From contig CAWGPQ010000008.1 in NCBI GenBank assembly GCA_963824495.1, positions 96,001 through 160,000 on the forward strand: DNA of 64,000 nt, read 5' to 3'. Below are positions 10,294 through 19,796 of this stretch, in pieces. Source of the stretch: an uncultured bacterium. GTDB lineage: Bacteria; Babelota; Babeliae; Babelales; Babelaceae. Numbering within the stretch: position 1 is the stretch's first letter; every line of letters starts with the position of its first letter. Position numbers and translations under genes: made by a program. A model generated the notes under the pieces. That model saw only the letters and a list, made by a program, of their open reading frames with translations, was not told the origin of the DNA and did no database searches.

Positions 10294-10746
10294 ATGAAGT
10301 GTTCAATACGTATGCTTGTTATACTAGTGAGTGTAGCAGTCACACCCACTGTTCTTAATTTTTCTGCTTATGCTTTCGCTTATGCTACAGATAAAGCAGC
10401 TGTTCTTGGATCGCTTATTGCTGAAACACTAGAATTTTGGAATCAACTAGACATCTTTCGGACATCCCTTACGCTAACGCCAGAAGAGCAGCATGATATC
10501 CTTGATCAGCTTGCAGATACAAGCATTAAACTCTATACAGAGGTACAAATGCTTGCAAAAGAATCCGATCACGCATCTGCTGACTATCAGGATATTGTTC
10601 ATCTGATCACAATTTTTGAACGATTGGTGCCTGTATTACATGAAACATTTGACATGCATACACATGACTCGTTTGTTTGTACACGCTATCTCCTTACACG
10701 AGCTCCACAACTTTTAGCCAATATCAAAATAGATATAGCCTCCTAG
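10294..10746 (+). CDS. Hypothetical exported protein
   Basis: 150-aa ORF, GGAG upstream, hydrophobic N-terminus. Confidence 0.7.
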   Translation: MKCSIRMLVILVSVAVTPTVLNFSAYAFAYATDKAAVLGSLIAETLEFWNQLDIFRTSLTLTPEEQHDILDQLADTSIKLYTEVQMLAKESDHASADYQDIVHLITIFERLVPVLHETFDMHTHDSFVCTRYLLTRAPQLLANIKIDIAS

Positions 10747-11817
10747 AATTGACGTTGTGAAAATATTTCTACCGCCCACTGCGGCGTTATAGATAAGACC
10801 AATACGGGGAGCACAAGGGCGATCGAGATGGGCAAAGTCATACTCAGCTATAACATTGAGCGTATGCATACGCCAACCAGGGCAGCATACAGGTAATCTT
10901 TTTTTGCAAGAACGCCACAGATCATGACCTTTATGATCATAGCGATAGCCCAGTAACCATGACAATCCTTGAACTACGTGGTCAGCTTTTATATAACACT
11001 CTATGGCACCTAAAGGCCTACGCTGTACATGGGCACGCTCACAAGCATCTAGTGCGCACCTCCCTACTTTCTTAATGTGCTTAAATCTATCGATAAAGAT
11101 TAAAACATCACCGTGAAGCCCAAGCGTTAACCAGTCATAAAAACCAATAGCACTGTCAAACAGGATGGGTATGCCAAAATGGCCATCATAGCCAAGAGGA
11201 ATATCAAGTAATTTACGCTCACTACGCTCAACCCCCGTGGGCAATAGTAACCCAACCTGTACCGCAAAATCAATAAAATCAAGACATTCAGTCTGTTCGT
11301 AATTTATTGTCCAGCCTCCCAAGAGCGATACATCGCCAAGTCCAGATTTGCGTACATTGAGAACGTGTTGATCATAGGGATTACGAGCAAGCACACGACG
11401 CCTGCCACAGCTGATATCGGTTATTTCTAAGCTTCTAATAGGCAGATAAAAGTGAGTAAAAAAGCCACACGTATAATTGCTATACCAATCGATAATTGCT
11501 TCAAAAATACCAAATCGTCCATCGATCTCTATCTGAAGATCCCGAGGTATACCGATAGGACAGGCCAAAAGTTTCTGAAGAATTTCTGGATTATCTAAGC
11601 AAACCTTTTTACCACATGCATTACGGGCGGTGCGCGTAGAGCCACCGCTACAAGTTACACCAAGCGTTTGCAACCACCTTTTTTCAAATCGTGGTTCACC
11701 GGTAAAAAATGATGCTCTATAAAAATGGCTATTATCAAGAGCCTGCAGGGTAAAACAACTAAAAAACACTACTGCGCAACATCCTAACCAGCGATGCGCA
11801 TAAACGTACGCCATCAT
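10714..11817 (-). CDS. Hypothetical exported protein, possible outer-membrane beta-barrel
   Basis: RBS AAGGAG, signal peptide (LQA), amphipathic strands, aromatic C-terminus YIYFDIG. Confidence 0.7.
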   Translation of the reverse strand: MMAYVYAHRWLGCCAVVFFSCFTLQALDNSHFYRASFFTGEPRFEKRWLQTLGVTCSGGSTRTARNACGKKVCLDNPEILQKLLACPIGIPRDLQIEIDGRFGIFEAIIDWYSNYTCGFFTHFYLPIRSLEITDISCGRRRVLARNPYDQHVLNVRKSGLGDVSLLGGWTINYEQTECLDFIDFAVQVGLLLPTGVERSERKLLDIPLGYDGHFGIPILFDSAIGFYDWLTLGLHGDVLIFIDRFKHIKKVGRCALDACERAHVQRRPLGAIECYIKADHVVQGLSWLLGYRYDHKGHDLWRSCKKRLPVCCPGWRMHTLNVIAEYDFAHLDRPCAPRIGLIYNAAVGGRNIFTTSILGGYIYFDIG

Positions 11818-12006
11818 ATACTCCTTAATAATAGTATGCTTTTAAAGTTAGTCTAAACTAAAAAAAAAGAGAATACTTAAGCAGAAACTAAGAGTATTTA
11901 TTTTTTTGCTCTTGGGGTAAACTAAGTATAAAGACACAACACTATAACCTCAAAAAACACTATAGATATTTTAAATATTCTCAAAATATTCTCATGGAGC
12001 ATCAGC

Positions 12007-12522
12007 ATGGCTGAAGAACACAATCATACAACAATAAACGATCTTGAGCACACTCTTCATACCTGCCAAATAGATTTGGCAGCATGCGAAGAAAAATTAC
12101 GTATTCTTCAGGATCGCTATAATTACCTTAATGCTGACTTTGACAATATACGTCGTCGCATGCATAAAGAGCTCATGCAGGGCATTCAGGCAGCTCAAGC
12201 AGACATCTTTCTTGATCTACTGCCTATTATTGACGATTTCGATAGAGCTTTAGCTGACCTACGCGCTCAACATCCGAATTACGAAACGGCAACGTGGTAT
12301 TCTGGCTTAGAGCTTACCTATAGGGTGCTCATGAAATTGCTTGCCAAATATAATGTAGAAGAAATTACCGAGACGCAAACATTCAACCCAGAACTTCACG
12401 AAGCCATTCTTCATGTTGCTGATCCTAATAGACAGCCTGGCGATATTATTGAAGTCTTACGTAAGGGTTATCGATTCAAAGACCAGGTGCTGCGTCCAGC
12501 TCAAGTGAGCGTTGCCCAGTAA
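12007..12522 (+). CDS. grpE: Nucleotide exchange factor GrpE
   Basis: ADFDNIRRR, LLPIIDDFDRAL, FNPELHEA, GYRFKDQVLRPAQVSV. Confidence 0.96.
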   Translation: MAEEHNHTTINDLEHTLHTCQIDLAACEEKLRILQDRYNYLNADFDNIRRRMHKELMQGIQAAQADIFLDLLPIIDDFDRALADLRAQHPNYETATWYSGLELTYRVLMKLLAKYNVEEITETQTFNPELHEAILHVADPNRQPGDIIEVLRKGYRFKDQVLRPAQVSVAQ

Positions 12523-12535
12523 AGCTCAGTATCTT

Positions 12536-13630
12536 TTATTTAAGAAGAGCTACTATGACCTCGAAAAAAATAAGAACTATTACGAGTATTGACAGAAGAT
12601 CGTCACGGCGAGCATCTATTTTACTTTGATATACCGTGCTAATATCATGAATAATAGCGAGCTTATTATGAATAGATTCTTTCCAGTTGTTTAGATCAAG
12701 CTTTTCTACTAAAAGTGAATACAGTTCAGAATAATAGGCTTCTCCAACAAGTTTTATACTGTTTTCAAGACGCTCAGTGATAACAGATATATCAACCCGA
12801 AGTTTGCCCAATTCACTTACAGGATCATTAACCGTAGAGCCAATAAAGGGCAAGTAAGCTTTCCAAGGTGCAGCACTTACACCCCGTTCATACACCGCAT
12901 TAAGCTGCTGATCTAAAACTCGATCAAAATACTGAAGCTCAAGCTGCTGCATATTAGCAAATTCAAAAAGATCTAAAATATCTTCGTATTCGTCATCATA
13001 AACAAATGCAGCTTCTGTATCAATAATTATTAGATCACCCCTGTAATAGCCAATGGCACTATCAAGAATTTCGTTTCTCTGATACTCAGAAAGTGTTTCT
13101 GTTTCAAAGCGCAACATTGAGGCAATAACACTGCCATAGCACTCTTTCAAGTACACAATATCAATGGTCTCAGGTTCTGGGTCAACTTGAATAATTAAAT
13201 ACGTTTTCCGGAGATGGAAAAACCTCGGCTGCTTAATAGTGGGTTTAATACGTTTAAAGATTGCCCCAGCATCTTCAATACTTTGTTCGTTATACTCATT
13301 ATCGATAGCAGTCAATTTGGTACGTAGATCCTCAAGGGTTGACGAAAAAGGTATCCGATAGCGAAGTGTGATAACACCAAAACTATGTAGTTTAGCATCG
13401 ACAAACTGAGAACTCGTGTGAGGATGAGGTAATTCTACAGCCAAAGGAATATGATAATTTTTAAAATATTTTGAGGGAGTAAATGAGCGTCGTATGAGCA
13501 TGTGTGATGATTTAACCCATTCTAAATTTATATCATCACCGATATCGAAACTATGAAATATAAAGATATTTCCTGTAAATATATGCTGTTTCGCATCGTC
13601 CTGCTGATTCATAGTTATCAAGTTCCTCAT
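12536..13630 (-). CDS. Conserved hypothetical membrane-anchored protein (RMD1/DUF155-like, tentative)
   Basis: 364 aa; ELQYFDRVLD, C-terminal TM helix ending EVIV; directly downstream of lepA. Confidence 0.65.
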   Translation of the reverse strand: MRNLITMNQQDDAKQHIFTGNIFIFHSFDIGDDINLEWVKSSHMLIRRSFTPSKYFKNYHIPLAVELPHPHTSSQFVDAKLHSFGVITLRYRIPFSSTLEDLRTKLTAIDNEYNEQSIEDAGAIFKRIKPTIKQPRFFHLRKTYLIIQVDPEPETIDIVYLKECYGSVIASMLRFETETLSEYQRNEILDSAIGYYRGDLIIIDTEAAFVYDDEYEDILDLFEFANMQQLELQYFDRVLDQQLNAVYERGVSAAPWKAYLPFIGSTVNDPVSELGKLRVDISVITERLENSIKLVGEAYYSELYSLLVEKLDLNNWKESIHNKLAIIHDISTVYQSKIDARRDDLLSILVIVLIFFEVIVALLK

Positions 13631-13633
13631 GTT

Positions 13634-15457
13634 TCATTCTTTTGTAAGAATTGTCATAAATGCTTCTTGAGGAAGCTCAACATTCCCTACCTGCTTCATT
13701 TTCTTTTTGCCTTCTTTTTGTTTTTCGAGTAATTTACGTTTACGAGTAATATCACCACCATAACATTTTGCCGTTACGTCTTTACGTAATGGTGCAACTG
13801 ATTCCCGAGCAATCACTTTAGCACCTAAAGCAGCTTGAATACTTACCTCAAACAATTGACGAGGGATAACTTTTCTGAGCTTAAGCGCAAGCTCCCTTCC
13901 CACGTTGTAGGCACTATCACGATGAACAATCGTCGATAACGCATCAACAGCTCTGCCATTTAATAAGATATCCATCTTGACCAAGTCTGCCTCTTGATAA
14001 CCAACTTCTTCATAATCAAGACTTGCATAACCCGATGTCAACGACTTAAGCTGATCATAAAAATCCGTAGCAACTTCATTAAGGGGCAAACGGTAAACAA
14101 GTATAACCCGGTCTTCCGTGAGATAAGTAAACTGTTTTTGCTCCCCCCGTTTTTCTTGACATAACTTCATAATAGCACCAAGATACTCTTTGGGCAGAAT
14201 AATAGTTGCATCGATAATAGGCTCCATAATAACCTCGATTTTTTGAGGATCAGGGAAATCAGAGGGGCTTTCAATATCGATAATCTCACCGGTATGGGCC
14301 ATTTTAACTTTATACAACACACTTGGTGCTGTTGAAATAACAGATAGACCGTATTCTTGCTCAAGCCGCTGCTTAAAAACATCCATATGTAAAAGTCCCA
14401 AGAAGCCACATCTAAACCCTAAGCCAAGGGCTGCAGAAGTCTTTTTCTCAACTTTTACGCTTGCGTCATTAAGAGTAAGTTTTTCAATAGCATCACGTAA
14501 GAGATCAAAATCGGTATTTTCAATAGGATAAATACCCGCAAAAACCATCGGCTTTGCCGGTTTAAATCCAGGAAAAGGCTCTACACACTTTCTCGTATGG
14601 TAAATGGTCTCACCAACACGAGCTTCTTGGACAGTTTTCATACCAGCAATAAGATAGCCAACTTGACCAGCATAGAGGGCGTCTGTAGGTGTTTCATTGG
14701 GATACATAAGACCCAGCTCAAGTACTTCATATGCAGTGCCTGATTGGGCAAGCGTAATACTATCGCCCTTTTTAATAACACCATCTTTAATAGCAAGTAA
14801 ACAAACAACTCCCCGATAGTCATCATACCAAGAGTCAAAAAGCAGTGCTTTTAAGCTTTTTGATATGGTGCTCTCAGGAGCTGGTATACGCTCAACGATG
14901 GTATCAAGAATGGTCGATATACCAAAACCAGTTTTTGCAGATGCTCTAATTATATCTTTTTCATTATAGTCAAACAGATTTTTAAGCTCTTTTTCAACGC
15001 GCTCAGGCTGGGCTGCAACCATATCAACCTTATTAATAACCGGAATGATGGTTAAGTTTTGATCAAAGGCCAAGTAAAAGTTAGCCATAGTCTGGGCTTG
15101 TACACCTTGTGAAGCGTCAACAAGCAAGAGCGCTCCCTGGCATGCATAAAGTGAACGGGATACCTCATAGTTAAAGTCAACGTGACCCGGGGTATCAATA
15201 AGATTAAGTAAATAGGATACTCCCTTATACTCATGAATCATAGAGGCACTTTGAGCTTTAACAGTTATCCCTCTTTCTTTCTCCACCTGCAATTTATCTA
15301 AAAATTGTTCATTTTTAGTGCGCGTGGAAAGGGTACCCGTTACTTCTAAAAGCCTATCACACAACGTTGATTTTCCATGATCAATATGCGCGATTACTGA
15401 GAAATTACGAATTTTGTCAGGCGTAAATTGCTGTAAATCGAGTTTTTTATCGTCCAT
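13634..15457 (-). CDS. lepA: Elongation factor 4
   Basis: IRNFSVIAHIDHGKST, GFLGLLHM, KCYGGDITRKRKLLEKQKEGKK. Confidence 0.98.
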   Translation of the reverse strand: MDDKKLDLQQFTPDKIRNFSVIAHIDHGKSTLCDRLLEVTGTLSTRTKNEQFLDKLQVEKERGITVKAQSASMIHEYKGVSYLLNLIDTPGHVDFNYEVSRSLYACQGALLLVDASQGVQAQTMANFYLAFDQNLTIIPVINKVDMVAAQPERVEKELKNLFDYNEKDIIRASAKTGFGISTILDTIVERIPAPESTISKSLKALLFDSWYDDYRGVVCLLAIKDGVIKKGDSITLAQSGTAYEVLELGLMYPNETPTDALYAGQVGYLIAGMKTVQEARVGETIYHTRKCVEPFPGFKPAKPMVFAGIYPIENTDFDLLRDAIEKLTLNDASVKVEKKTSAALGLGFRCGFLGLLHMDVFKQRLEQEYGLSVISTAPSVLYKVKMAHTGEIIDIESPSDFPDPQKIEVIMEPIIDATIILPKEYLGAIMKLCQEKRGEQKQFTYLTEDRVILVYRLPLNEVATDFYDQLKSLTSGYASLDYEEVGYQEADLVKMDILLNGRAVDALSTIVHRDSAYNVGRELALKLRKVIPRQLFEVSIQAALGAKVIARESVAPLRKDVTAKCYGGDITRKRKLLEKQKEGKKKMKQVGNVELPQEAFMTILTKE

Positions 15458-15715
15458 AGTATTGAATTCTAGCGTGCTTTCGTAGTTCCCTTAAGTAACC
15501 ATACCAGGAACTCATGTAGTTATACTAGTATACCATAAAAAGGGCAGTATATGAAATTAACAAGCTGACGGGATAAGCCATGCCACTGCGCTGCTCAGTG
15601 CGCCATTCAAAAATAAATCTTTGTCAATTTTTATTTGAAAATTATTCAAAAGCTGCTATCATTAACTCATATATTTGTTTTTAACTTGATTATACCTGAT
15701 TATGAAGGATATTTC

Positions 15716-17677
15716 ATGAAATTAGCGATATTTTTGAGCTTAACAGTGCTTGCTTTGGGTACTTCACCCTTAGGTTATGCTATGGATACCAATGAAAATA
15801 CTCATGAAAATACCGGTGAGCAACCAACTAAAAAACAAAAACTTGAAGAGTCCGATAGCCCACCCAGGGGTCCTATCGATTCGCCTATCGATCCATTATC
15901 CGATGAGCAAATAGCACAGATTGAGCTTGAAGAAAAAGCAGATCAGTATTTCCAAGCAGTGGTAAATGATGATATTGAATTAGTCAAAGATCTCTTAAAC
16001 GAAGGATTCCCCGTTGATTATATAGATGCAACTACTGGTACAACAGCATTTTTTACCGCAGCGGAGGAAGATCAACCAGACTTGATAGCCTTGCTAGCTG
16101 AGCATGGGGCAAACGTCAATTTTAGACATACCCATGGTGACACTGCTTTACATCGCGCAGCACGCAAAAATAATCATGACCTAATAGTTGATTTAGCTAT
16201 GCATGGTGCAGATGTTACTCTTACGAATAATTATGGCGAACTTCCCCTGCACATTGCCGCTAGACGAACATCTAGTGATACGCTTGGAACACTTCTTGCC
16301 CTGACTCCACAGCACTTACTTAATGCAGAGAATCTTGATGGTCGAACACCTCTTGCACAGGCAATTCGTGCTGGGAGTCGTCGAAACGTTGAAGTACTTC
16401 CTCAATACAATGTTCGTATAGAACAAACTCTGGAAGAACAGATACAGCAAATTTTGCATGCTGAACCTCTTACGTACCATACAATACTAGGACATAGAGC
16501 GCAGGTGGAAACAATTTTGCGCTCAAGGGCGATCATACCCGCACAAGCTGAAGAAATGACACCATTACACTGGGCTGCTGCTCGAGGCCACAGTGATATT
16601 ATAGAATTACTCCTCAACGCACAAGCACAAATCAACGCCCAAGATGAAAATGAAATGCGGCCATTACATCTTGCTGCACAAAACGGCCATACCAACCTTA
16701 TCCCTCTCTTGATCCAGCATGGGGCAGATCCTCATGCACAAGATTCCGATCATTATACACCTTTACATCATGCAACGCTTAGAGGACATACCCCTACTGC
16801 TCAAGCTCTCATCGAAGCTGGTGCGCACGTTAATATTGCTCTAGTGCCTGAACAACCACTGCACGTTGCCGTACGATTTAATCAACTTCAGCTCATAGCA
16901 CTGCTTGTGCTCCATCACGCAGATATTGATGCAAGAAATGAGCCTGGCATGACACCGCTTCATCTTGCTATTGGCAGTAATAATCTTAACGTTATTCGGG
17001 CATTGCTCCATAATCAAGCAAACGTTAACGTTCAAACTAACGATGGTCAAACTGCGGCAGACTATGCTCAAGCTCATCATAGAACTGAAGCTCTGGAGCT
17101 CATTAATCATCCTGAAGTACCAGCTGCAGTATATTTGACATTGCTAAGGGACCGAGAGCCTCTTCTTGCCCAAACAGCCGAAGCTCTGACTGAAACCGAT
17201 GGGTTAGGCACAAATCCACTGAGCCTTGCTATCCAAATGGGTTATGATGATGTAACGTGCCCTATAGTGAACCGTGCACCTAATCTTGTTCATCAAGCTG
17301 ACCGTCAAGGATGGACGCCACTGCATTACGCAGCAGCTCGAGGTAATGATACTGTGTTACAATTCTTGCTTGCACGTAACGCGGCTGCAACACAGGTAAC
17401 ACATAATCGGCAAACCCCAGCAGATGTAGCACAAGCACATAATCATCTGACAACATTAGAACTTCTCAGAACCCATGTATTACAGCCCTTTGTTGAACGT
17501 TTATTTAGAGCTGGACAACCAATCGGACACCTTAGAGAAATACCGTCAGACCTAGCCTCAGATGATACTCCATCACCAATAGCAATTGCAGGCGGAGATA
17601 GGAATGTTATGGCAACCATTACCGCATTTCTTGTGCATCAGACTATGTACCATAACCCAAATAATAACAACAATTGA
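15716..17677 (+). CDS. Secreted ankyrin-repeat protein, tandem paralogue 1
   Basis: ATG 15716 after GAAGGA; signal ...LGYA-MDTNE, PTKKQK, many ankyrin repeats, conserved tail HQTMYHNPNNNNN. Confidence 0.92.
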   Translation: MKLAIFLSLTVLALGTSPLGYAMDTNENTHENTGEQPTKKQKLEESDSPPRGPIDSPIDPLSDEQIAQIELEEKADQYFQAVVNDDIELVKDLLNEGFPVDYIDATTGTTAFFTAAEEDQPDLIALLAEHGANVNFRHTHGDTALHRAARKNNHDLIVDLAMHGADVTLTNNYGELPLHIAARRTSSDTLGTLLALTPQHLLNAENLDGRTPLAQAIRAGSRRNVEVLPQYNVRIEQTLEEQIQQILHAEPLTYHTILGHRAQVETILRSRAIIPAQAEEMTPLHWAAARGHSDIIELLLNAQAQINAQDENEMRPLHLAAQNGHTNLIPLLIQHGADPHAQDSDHYTPLHHATLRGHTPTAQALIEAGAHVNIALVPEQPLHVAVRFNQLQLIALLVLHHADIDARNEPGMTPLHLAIGSNNLNVIRALLHNQANVNVQTNDGQTAADYAQAHHRTEALELINHPEVPAAVYLTLLRDREPLLAQTAEALTETDGLGTNPLSLAIQMGYDDVTCPIVNRAPNLVHQADRQGWTPLHYAAARGNDTVLQFLLARNAAATQVTHNRQTPADVAQAHNHLTTLELLRTHVLQPFVERLFRAGQPIGHLREIPSDLASDDTPSPIAIAGGDRNVMATITAFLVHQTMYHNPNNNNN

Positions 17678-17734
17678 TAAAACTAATAATTAATAAAACC
17701 CTTGAGCGTAGCATCATAGCATAAGGAACATCGC

Positions 17735-19717
17735 ATGAAAGTATCACACAAACGCATTCTCTTACTATTGACTCTGATGAGCTCACCCTTAGGCTATGCA
17801 ATGGATACCAATGAGCCACCGGCCAAAAAACAAAAAATCGAAGATGCTATCAAAGATCCTCAAGAAGGCACTTCTGATAGCGGGTCGGCATATCTTTTTA
17901 GTGAAGAAGAAATACAAAGCCATAGTGAAGAACTGTTTGCCGCAGCTGCCGACGGTGATGTCGAAAAACTTTATTGTCTCTTAACGAGAGGAATGCCTAT
18001 TGATCTTGTTGATGAAAACCGGGAAATAGGCAGAACGGCGCTTGCCATAGCTGCTCGAGCAGGCCACCAGAAAGTAGTTGAGCTTCTTATTCACAATGGA
18101 GCTGATATTGATACTCAAGATACCAATGGCGCAACGCCGCTTCATCTCGCTTTACTCAACGATCACGTTCATGTCATAGGAACATTAGAATTTTATGGAG
18201 CTAATATCACACTTACTGACAATAATGGCAACCTTCCTCTTCACCTTGCCGCTGCAGGAGCAGATATAAATATTTTTTACAGCCTTCTTCAGGCTACTCC
18301 AGCACATGCGCTTAATACACAAAATAACGCTGGACAAACACCACTTGCTCTTGCACTTGAAAGAAATACTATTCAACATGTTAGATTACTTCTTCAATAC
18401 AATGCTACAGCAAGCCACTTAGAAGGCCCATTAGCCACCATTATTTTAGCAGGGCTAGAGCAGCCTTCAGCGCATCAACGTATCTTGTACGACATTCTTA
18501 TAGGCAATACAGAACATGCCAATCAACTTCTTCAAACAGAAGATCCAGCAGAGTATATCAACGCACAAGATGAGCTTGGTATGACGATTCTTCATTGGGC
18601 CGCAGCTCGAGGCCATAGTAATATCATAGAATCACTTCTCAATAAGCAAGCAACCATCGATGGCCAGGATACACAGGGCATGCAGCCGCTACACTTTGCT
18701 ACACAAAATGGTCATCGTATTATCACAGAGCTATTACTTGCTCATAGAGCACCCGTTAACGCACGCGATAGCCATGGGCAGACACCTCTCCATTATGCAA
18801 TACTGAGAGGAGATAGAGAGAGTGCCCAAACTTTGATCGCAGCCCGGGCAGATATTAATGCACAAAATGCTCGTGGCCAAAGTCCTTTACACCTGGCAGC
18901 ATTAACAGGAAACCTAGATCTCACGCTACTTCTTATTGATCATGGTGCACGTATTAATACTCATGCTGGTAATGGCTTTACACCGCTAACTGTTGCTATT
19001 CCTCAAAATAACCTGAATATTATGCGAGCATTGCTTTATCATAATGCTGATATAACTATACCCAATAATAATGGTCACACTGCAGCTGAATTTGCCGGGC
19101 AGCTCGGCAGACATGATGCCCGTGCTCTCTTAATGAACCCTATGATACCACCATTATTGTATGCTGTTATGACACAAGATGAAGAACTAGCGCGTCGTCT
19201 TCTAGAGCAAGAAAACATAGATATTGCCGCTACTGACGGTATAGGCACTACCGCGTTAAGTATGGCTGTTCAGATGGGTAACGATAATTTGGTAAACCTT
19301 CTACTCAAGCACGGAGCACGGGCTCACTTGGTAAATAGAGCAGATCACGAGGGATGGACACCCCTTCATTATGCTGCCCGTGGAGGCCAGCTTGAAACTA
19401 TGCACCTATTACTTAATCATCATGCTCATGTAAGAGCTCTCACAGAGACTGGTGAAACGGCTGAAGAGCTGGCACGAGCAAACAACCAATGGGAATGCCT
19501 AGAGCTTCTAAGGGCTCATGGACTACAGCCTTTTCTTGCACGTTCATTCAGAGCTGGAGAACCAATCGAATATCTTAGAGAAACACCGTCAAACCTATCC
19601 TCAAACGATACCAGATCGCCAATAGCCATTGTAGGGGGAGATGAGAATATCATGGCAATCATTGCTACATTCCTTGTTCATCAGACTATGTACCATAACC
19701 CAAATAATAATAATTAA
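17735..19717 (+). CDS. Secreted ankyrin-repeat protein, tandem paralogue 2
   Basis: RBS TAAGGA; same architecture, PPAKKQK. Confidence 0.93.
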   Translation: MKVSHKRILLLLTLMSSPLGYAMDTNEPPAKKQKIEDAIKDPQEGTSDSGSAYLFSEEEIQSHSEELFAAAADGDVEKLYCLLTRGMPIDLVDENREIGRTALAIAARAGHQKVVELLIHNGADIDTQDTNGATPLHLALLNDHVHVIGTLEFYGANITLTDNNGNLPLHLAAAGADINIFYSLLQATPAHALNTQNNAGQTPLALALERNTIQHVRLLLQYNATASHLEGPLATIILAGLEQPSAHQRILYDILIGNTEHANQLLQTEDPAEYINAQDELGMTILHWAAARGHSNIIESLLNKQATIDGQDTQGMQPLHFATQNGHRIITELLLAHRAPVNARDSHGQTPLHYAILRGDRESAQTLIAARADINAQNARGQSPLHLAALTGNLDLTLLLIDHGARINTHAGNGFTPLTVAIPQNNLNIMRALLYHNADITIPNNNGHTAAEFAGQLGRHDARALLMNPMIPPLLYAVMTQDEELARRLLEQENIDIAATDGIGTTALSMAVQMGNDNLVNLLLKHGARAHLVNRADHEGWTPLHYAARGGQLETMHLLLNHHAHVRALTETGETAEELARANNQWECLELLRAHGLQPFLARSFRAGEPIEYLRETPSNLSSNDTRSPIAIVGGDENIMAIIATFLVHQTMYHNPNNNN

Positions 19718-19796
19718 TAGAACTATAGTGCCTGCTCTAAAAAAATATGCGGGCACCTTAAGCATGTCACTCGAGCATGCTGTTAAGGAATACGAC